DNA of 64,000 nucleotides from Octopus vulgaris (Eukaryota): NCBI GenBank assembly GCA_951406725.2, contig OX597831.1, positions 13,702,001 to 13,766,000 of the forward strand, read 5' to 3'. Shown piece by piece: positions 55,612 to 64,000 of this stretch (position 1 is its first letter; each line of letters starts with the position of its first letter). The notes under the pieces were generated by a model. It saw only the letters and a program-made list of their open reading frames with translations, ran no database searches and was not told where the DNA came from. The position numbers and the translations under genes were made by a program.

Positions 55612-58600
55612 TACTGAAGCTGGGATAATTACAAATGTGAGAAATACAAATGTATGCAAATAAAATTTTAACAAATATGTAAGTTTTGTTTTTTGGGTTT
55701 TGATGGAATTGGAAAACTTTAATAAACTATTTCTATTGAATAGCTCTATTTTGAGTATTAAATACAGGAAACTCTCTCATGCGTATTTTAACCAAATTTT
55801 AATCGTTACAGATATTTTAATAAGCATTGCTATCTATTTCTGTTTCAGTTCTTATTTCTGTCAGCATTTAGTACTCCAGCACTTAGTCCTGAAGCTGTGA
55901 TTAAAACAAACATACAAAAATACATATCTGAGTAAATAAACTATTTATGCTACTATAATAAATATGTCGGTGTTGTTTTCTGGTTTTGACTGGATTTTTA
56001 AACATTATCAAAATTATATTTTTTGAATATCTGCATTTTGAATCAATCAAGTTGTGGATGACCTCCAAGAAGAGATGGACGTCCATGAGTACTGACTGAG
56101 TAAATACGGGTGAAGACGGAATGACGCTCAACAAATTTCCGTTTCTTTCAGATGTAGGGAGATGTTAAGTAATAACTTATTTGGTTTCTGAATCTGGGTG
56201 AGTGTATATAATACTAGAACCTTCCTTCGAAAGATATTTCTTAAAGTCTCAAACAGAAATTTCTTTCGTCTATAACATTTGTTTTGTCAAAGTTTGTTTA
56301 TAATATATACACACTTCTTTATGACACCGCTACAAATTTTTGTGAGACCTCTCAGTGTTGAACCTATCATATTCACTTAGTTTCCCACACTCTTTACGTC
56401 CTTGAATTTTATTCCTTTTCAATTTGCATTCAGAGCTTTTAGAAGGATTCCAGATGGAGATTTTACTTACATTACAAGTAAAGAAGAGACAATTACAGAA
56501 TTCAAATTTAACCTCAATTATTTTGTCTTTGCTGCCAGGTTTGCATTGATAAGTGTTCGAATCGTAACTAGTCTTGCTTCTACTAAGTGAATACGATTGA
56601 AATAGGTCAAGAAGTCAAGAATTTACTCGGAGCCGCTTCTGCTGTTCTCAGTTACGAATTGCTTCCGAATATATGTCTGCCCGACAACAGAATGTGTCAC
56701 ACTAATATTTGAGTTTTCAGAAACTCGATGACTGAAAACTTCCCTGATCTTATAAAAGATGAATGAGTTATTGACTGAATATCCTTCTGGGTAGAGCATC
56801 CTAGACCAGTTATTTCTCCATCAAATGACTACTATATTACTAAATATTTTCCCCCTCAAAAGTCGAAATTTGCATGATGCATCTGATTTACTTAACAGAT
56901 CCCATAGCGAAAGTCTTCTCTACTTTATCTACTAAATCTAATAATTTCGGATTACAGACATATTTCCTGTGATCCTGCTGCAATGCAGTATCTACTGACA
57001 GCGGTTGACTGCATGACATAGGCTAACCCAATGACGTTGCCAGAGATGACACAACCGGATCTATATTGTCCTCGATATTTCGGGTATAAAGCCCTGTAAG
57101 TACCAGAAAAATGTATATATTATTGTAGGACCGTCCCTAATTTAGAAAAGGCGCTACATTGTAACCTATCTTGTCGATTCATTAGCTTGTATTTAACTCG
57201 CTAAACGAACATAGCCTCATTTTAAGATCGTCTAGGTCAGTGTACATGGCTGCTTGTCGTTTATCTGTCGTTTCTTCTTCAGCGACAGACATTGAATGTC
57301 TGAAAGAAGAGGATAACGAAGACCTTATTAATTAAGCAAAGAGTGCGACAAATGAAGACATTATAGTGAGATTAGAAGTGAAAAGCAGAGGCGAAACATT
57401 CATGAACGAAAGCTTATAGCAGCATCGCCGAGAAAGACATAATGGAAAATTAATGTGAAATGATAAAACCTAGAGACAACGTGAAGCAAGGGGTATTCAC
57501 ATTACCAGATAAGAATCGAAACAAAGCACCCAGGGTGGATGACTGAAAGAATTCTCCAGTTGATGTCAGAATGCAAAACGACAAACAACATGGCGCCCAA
57601 AAAAGAAACAATTTGAAAAGCAAATGTTGCAGAGAGAAACAATATTATCACACAAACAAAAACAAATAAATGTATTTAAAAAATCAAAGAAATGACAGAG
57701 AATCGAACTTTAATTAAAAAAATGAGGTTCTATTAAAGAACTAACAAAACTCCATATAAACTGTTATATACTAAAAGAAAATATATTTCAATTTGTGATA
57801 AACATGTCCTTTCTCTTCCGAGGATTCAGGAAAAGTGCATCAAAGTGTACGTTATTCAATGTACCAAATTCTTTTAAGATAGTAGGATGTGTGATTTGAA
57901 ATAGCTACGGTTGATATAGTTGGCAGCCACATTGATCCCTTCTATCCTGCACCAATTAAATGTTTCCGTGTCCCTTGCAATACATTTTCACTTCCCGTTT
58001 TGTCCCTTTTTAGTATTAAGGTTCTTAGAGGCTTTTTTTTAAAAATTGATATTCAAAGGAGTTACTGGTGACTCGAAGCCCTTCATACGTTTCTTTACTA
58101 AAACCATAGGAAATCTACCAACAAAACGTAGCGTCTATGTGGACACTTATGTCTATCAAAATCAGTTGATAGTAATTTCTGAACGCAGTAAAGGGGATAT
58201 GAATTACACGCACACACACACACACATACACACACACCACACACTTAGCTCATACACACATACACACATACAAATGCACATATGCATATGTACACACACA
58301 CCACGACCACTCACACAAACACACATGCACACACCTGCACACACACACACATACACACACACCACGCAATCTCACGCACGTACACACGGACAAACACACA
58401 CACATACACATACGTATTTCAACAGATAAAATTCTCAAATAAATCACTGAAACCGTTTTCGTTGTCATCCACACTATTAAAATGCGACAGAAAAAATATT
58501 ATATAACAGAGTACGTTAGAAATATAACCCCAGTTGGGCTGAAGACCAACAGCAGTTACATCGTTTCTAGGTTTATAAGACACGGAGAGAAGTAGAATAA

Positions 58601-58623
58601 CATTCTATGAGAAAAAACCCACT

Positions 58624-58921
58624 ATGAGATATATTCTATGCATTTCTCTTACCGTTGGTAAGTATTTAAAAGACAAATCTTTATCTTCCGAGATGCAAAT
58701 GTTCGGCCGTAAACTCTGAATAGGATTTCATGCAATTTACAACACTTCCCACTTATATATTTCTATGCGTACACGCAAAACTACTCTCGAGCGTGCACAC
58801 ACACGCACACAGATACATACACAGACACATACACAAATATATATATATATGTATATATATATCCATATATATATAGGTGTGTATATATATGTATATCCGT
58901 ATATATATAGATGTGTGTATG

Positions 58922-58969
<48 letters not shown>

Positions 58970-59472
58970 AGAAGGTGAATGAATTATCCTAGTATGGATA
59001 ATTCTGTTAACCGATACCTGGGTAGCAAATTCATGTCAGAAAACACGGTTGAAGCTATATGCCAAGGATAGGAATCCCGTGTTCTCGTGTGTAAATTTGT
59101 GTATTTTTTTAACTATGAATAAATGAAAGAATGTAGTCGAACGACGATTTTAACAAAATTCCTTTACTCTCGAAACATGTTTCGAATATGCAGCCTACGA
59201 AACATGTGTCGAGAGTAAAGGAATTTTGTTAAAATTGTCGTTCGACTACATTCTTTCATTTATATATATATATATAGATATATATAACTGTATGTATTTA
59301 TATATATGTGTGTATATCTCTATATATAATTGTTAAAGACAACAAACGTTAAAGCAAGATATGCGTTAATATTACTGGAGCCCTATTAATCAGTTACAGC
59401 ACTTACCTAGCATACCTAGTTGTGTAGATCCCCTGTGAACTAACACCCACATATTTTCTATATATGCATGGA

Positions 59473-59564
<92 letters not shown>

Positions 59565-62500
59565 TGTGTGTTTATGTGTGTGTATGTGTGTGTGTGCTGG
59601 TGTGTATGTTTGTATATATATATGTGTCTATACATAGATACATACGTATATAGATACATACATACATACCTACATACATGACACTGTTTTCCGAAGAGCT
59701 AAACATAGAGGGGACAAACAAGGACAGACAAAGGGATTAAGTCGATAACATCGACCCCACCAACTAGAACTTATTTAATCGATTTGAAAAGGATGAAAAG
59801 CAAAGTCGACCTCGGCGCAATTTGAACTCAGAACGTAACGGCAGACGAAATATCGCTAACCATTTCGCCCTGCGTTTTACCGATTCAGCCAGCTCGCCGC
59901 AAATGCATATTTTTCTGATTTATGGACACTTGCATGACTATAAATGTGCACGTACGCCTGTATGTACGTTAGTATGCATGTAAGTATGTTTGTGTGTGCA
60001 TGTATGTATGCATGTATATGTGTAGATTTTTACAGTTCCAGTGATGGATTGGATTTGTAGTCTTCGAATTATTGCCTTTCTACTTTCTGGTTTATAATTT
60101 CTCACGTTTGGTATATAGGCAGCGTGTGATTAATTACTGGTATAAGCCTGAACTTTTAATCTGGATAGAGAAACTACAGATTTCTCAATAGTTCAGCGTA
60201 GGTACTCTCTGTTTCGTTATTATATTTCATAATCATGTTTTTTTGCAATCCCTGCATTTATTCATTTTCTTCTCCCTGTTCCAGTTATTGGGTTGCAGTT
60301 ATGTTGGTGCTTAGGTATGTAAATATTAATCATCAGCATTATTTACTTTGAAATGCGATACTATTTATCGATCCCTATTTGTCGAAACATTCAGATATGC
60401 AACAGGGACAAATTTCATGACTTTTAGTAACCAGTTTTAACATAAATATATGCTCTGAGGTTGTGTGGGATAATGAATGGAGGCATAAGTCGCCATCACT
60501 AGTGATTACTCTAAAGACCATGATGTTGACTGGATGTTTCGTTATTCTCAATCTCGGTACATACACTGGGGACATCTTACTTGTATTATAGGAATAACCA
60601 TAAGTGTGGAACTTGAACGCTGTCAATGTATTAAAAGTTAGAACATTATCAGTTATGTAATAATTTCAAAACTCCTAACGAAGCAATCTTCACACAAAAC
60701 AATTCACTAGTCACACGAAAAATCAGAAAATTTGCAAAGTCTTATCTCTAACAACAAGCATCCAGATATGAAAGTTTCCAATTAATTATGTGGTTTTAGG
60801 CTGCAATTAAATGTTTTAATTTATATTATGTTTCAACGAAAATTCTTAACTTGCAGAATATGAAAAGATGAAATATTGTGTGGCTAAAAGATATTGTCCT
60901 GAGGCTTGGAAAAAGTATCCTGAGGCATTTAAGAGAGAAAGTCATGTTAATTTCTGTCCGTAAATATCCGTTTATTTCCAATAATACTTTTGTTAGCACA
61001 CCTATTGAATATATTATTTATCTAAGTTTAATAATCAATACCAGTATTTAGCAGCTAATGCTAATTACTAATGGTATTTCTTATATGAGATTATTTTAAG
61101 AAATTGTGCGCAGCGCACACGATTTAAAACACTCAAATAATTTATTAGGTTTTTATCATAAAACATAGAAAATCAATTTAGACGACCAAAAAGTAGACAA
61201 ATTAATTAATACATTTTAAAATGGTACAGGTTCCAATTTCACTAAGAATTCTTAGTTCAAAATTAATGCAAAATATATCCAGTTATGTTAAGCAATAATT
61301 TTCAGTAATCATATCAACCGATTAATTTTTGCTTTCCAGGCGATTAAGAATGTATAAAGAATGTGCAAAGAAGAAAGGACCATGGTATTGTATAAAGATA
61401 ATGGAAATGGAAAGTCTAAATTTTCCTAAGTGTTTTCGTAAGAGGATTTTCAAAATTGTTTTTCACATCATATTCTTAGAAATCGTGAGATAGTGAACTA
61501 AATTATAAACCATATTTTTGTATAAATTCTTATAGAAGTAATTTGAAATTTTCCATTCAACAAAAATCAAAACTTTAATATTGTTGATTCTTTTCTATTC
61601 AATCAACATTCAAATAAGCGATGGAATTTGTTCTACTCTAGGCACAAGGTACAGAATTTCTAGGGAGAGGGCAGTCGATTAGCTCGACCCAGTACACAAA
61701 TGGTACTTAATTTAACCGACTCCGAAATGATGAAAGGCAAAGTCGATACCGGCAGAATTTGAACTCAGGACATAACGGCAGACGAAATACCGCTGAGCAT
61801 TTTGCCCGGCGTGCTAACGATTCTGCCAGCTCGCCGCCCTTAATAAGCGATGGAATATAAATATCAGTACGCTAGTATTTAGTCATGACTGTTTACGTCG
61901 TTGTAATTTTGTATACCACCATGTTTCATTTATGGTTTAGTAAAGTAGATTACGAGAGCGTATAGCATGATCTAAGTCGAGAATTACATTATCAACGACT
62001 ATACTTAACTTGCAGGAATGTAAACTTACAATGTGACAGTAACCTCGATGACACTACAGAGTTACTCGTGTGTTTATTGCATGCTAAAATGCTCGACCAG
62101 GTTTAATAATTACGCGAAATATTAATTTTAACCCAATTAATCAGGTTCTCACATTTTTATTCCAGCTGTTCCTAAAAGTAAAATGTCAAGGAACCTTTCA
62201 GTCCACGTTATGTTTTCACACTGTGCCTTACTAATACTTATTCGGTGCACATTTTTGTGATGGAGGAATTAAATACCAAATACCAATATATTTGATGTAA
62301 GGACAGTTATTAAATATCACACATTTCATATTGATATTTTACTTTCACAATATTTTCAACTATTTTCCTTCGGTAGGAAATAAAAATGGCTGTTGAATTA
62401 TCTGACAGTATTAATCCGGTGATATAATAATACTAACACGAATATATCAAGAAATTGTCATAGGAATATCTCAATGATTATTATTTCCAACTAAAATCTC

Positions 62501-63364
62501 AATTCTCTGATGCATTAGCGAATCGTTAACAGAAAATATGCTACGTATGTTCATTATCCGTGACGATGCGGTTTCGATATAACTCTGGTGACACAGTGAT
62601 ATATCTGCATAACCCTTAATAGAAATGTATTTATACACTGTAGGCTAACGATATTATAAACAATGTCCTTAATCAGAAAATAATACTGTAATGTTGTTCT
62701 GATAGGACTGAATGTTACTAAAATATTAGCGTCCTGCCAGCGCAATATAACAATTACTGTATTTATTATGTGACTGTAACATCGATTATGCCAGTGTAAC
62801 ATCAGAGTAAAACTGTTGCATTATCTTTGGGAAGTCTATTGCCAATTTATCTTCGACATTTCAAGGAAATATCTAACATTTCAGTTTGCAAATTGGTGAA
62901 AGGTTGATTGATCCCTTAGCATATTTCTTTAGATTTTTCCTTTACACACCACCTCCAACAGTTTTGGAAGAGCGTTTGGGATTTGCTTTAGTTAGATCGC
63001 TTTAGATCACTTTAGATCACAGGTGACGAAGGGAAAATGGAGCTGTTTGTTAAGTATTGTTGTGAGAACCAGTACATGATAATAGAAGGGGCAGGTCTCG
63101 TTAAGCATATGTAAAATATCTGCTGGGGGATGCAAATCTCGAAACAAATAACAAATATGTAGCATTGAAACATGGCAGAGACTGATTGGTGGGAAGCTAG
63201 CGCGGTCGGCATGTCGCATAAACTAACGACAGACAATATTAAATTATCTACGAGCAACTCCATTTGTCTATTTTCATTCAAACATCTTTTCAATAGAAAT
63301 ATTTCAATAGCAGTTGTATTCTATTCTCATTGCAGTTAATATTCCATTCAGCACTTATTACTGA
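58624..63364 (+). CDS. Gene F: secreted six-cysteine peptide precursor, 97 aa, 5 exons
   Basis: Exons 58624-58657, 60285-60314, 60857-60959, 61340-61437, 63336-63364. [103 protein letters not shown] 63406-63411. Confidence 0.88.
58966..59262. mobile_element. Copy-specific insertion in (TA)n of gene F intron 1 with a ~140 bp hairpin
   Basis: aaatgaaagaatgtagtcgaacgac...cgaaacatgtttcg (from 59121) is inverted in cgaaacatgtgtcgag...ttcgactacattctttcattt (to 59261); absent from C, D, E. Confidence 0.6.
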
Positions 63365-64000
63365 AGCTGGGATAAGTACAAATGTGAGAAATACAAATGT
63401 ATGCAAATAAAATTTTAACAAATATGTAAGTTTTGTTTTTTGTGTTTTGATGGAATGGGAAAACTTGAATAAGCTTTTTCTATTGAATAGCTCTATTTTG
63501 AGTAGTTTATTTAGGATGCGTCTGGTGCTTGAAGGAAGGAATTTCGTGAGAATAGGTTGTGCAATTATGCGTGAAGATTGAAAGTTTATGAACTTATTCC
63601 CTTTTCTTTCATTCTTCAGCTACACTGAAATATTTAGGAATAACATGTCTGGATTATAAATCTGAATGAGTGAATATGACACTCGAACCTGTTATTGAAA
63701 TTATATTTCATGTATCCCAACTCATCAGGAGAACTACTAAGTTAAACCCGTTCCCCAGAAAATTACTTTCCAGGAGACGAGGAGCTCTGAATTCTCTTAT
63801 CTAAATAGTACAATTTTTTTAGGCAGGTATGTGTATAGCTCATTTCCTATTAAATCCTGGTCTTTCGTTGGTTAGTATGATACATATATGTTTCTTGCAT
63901 GTCACTTCTTCAACCTTCTTTTGTCCATAACATTTGTTTTCAACAAGAGACTTTTACCACCACGAGCTTCTCTAAGTAAATTCTATATAATGATTTCTCT

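Larger units (their letters stand above)
22370..63504 (+). repeat. Tandem segmental duplication array; unit junctions at ~33224, 45788, 55757, array end ~63504
   Basis: Near-identical intron and spacer blocks recur (e.g. MNFIPFQF-encoding stretch at 25080, 33868, 46434, 56402; MLHWHNRC stretch at 32323, 44838, 54841, 62554). After ctattttgagta the last copy continues into different sequence. Confidence 0.95.

Noticed and set aside
25080-56590. Repeated short ORFs MNFIPFQF..., MLHWHNRC..., MRHxDRAS..., MLSVIPSS..., MSYKPRND...
   Set aside because: Recur only because introns and spacers are duplicated; indels and stops differ between copies and there is no splice or codon-level support.
22370-63504. 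Array as a pure assembly duplication artefact
   Set aside because: Each unit has private insertions, deletions and strongly different exon 3 sequences; exact copy number still needs long-read confirmation.

Overview
AT-rich, microsatellite- and transposon-dense eukaryotic DNA; the tRNA-derived CORE- and Nin-type SINEs look like those of octopus (cephalopod), which is an inference. The ORF track shows no real host gene. Reading splice sites by hand reveals a + strand tandem cluster of six paralogous 5-exon genes, here A-F: five apparently intact (A 9120-16909, C 27099-33084, D 36027-45648, E 48625-55611, F 58624-63364) and one pseudogene (B 20934-24550). Each encodes a 95-102 aa precursor: a signal peptide split over exons 1-2, then a mature domain with an invariant framework C-x5-C-x19-C-x8-C-x8-C-x13-C. 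C-F lie in near-identical 8-12.5 kb tandem units whose introns and spacers are almost unchanged while mature-peptide exon 3 is hypervariable with almost only amino-acid-changing substitutions, the pattern known from venom, antimicrobial and reproductive peptide families. The units are recombinant mosaics, carry an orphan extra terminal exon at each junction, and have copy-specific insertions (Helitrons, RTE LINE, SINEs). I cannot assign the family a name; its core weakly recalls the RGM N-terminal domain motif. The rest is decayed Tc1/mariner, RTE, R4/Dong-like, Penelope-like and Helitron/Helentron fragments plus simple repeats.
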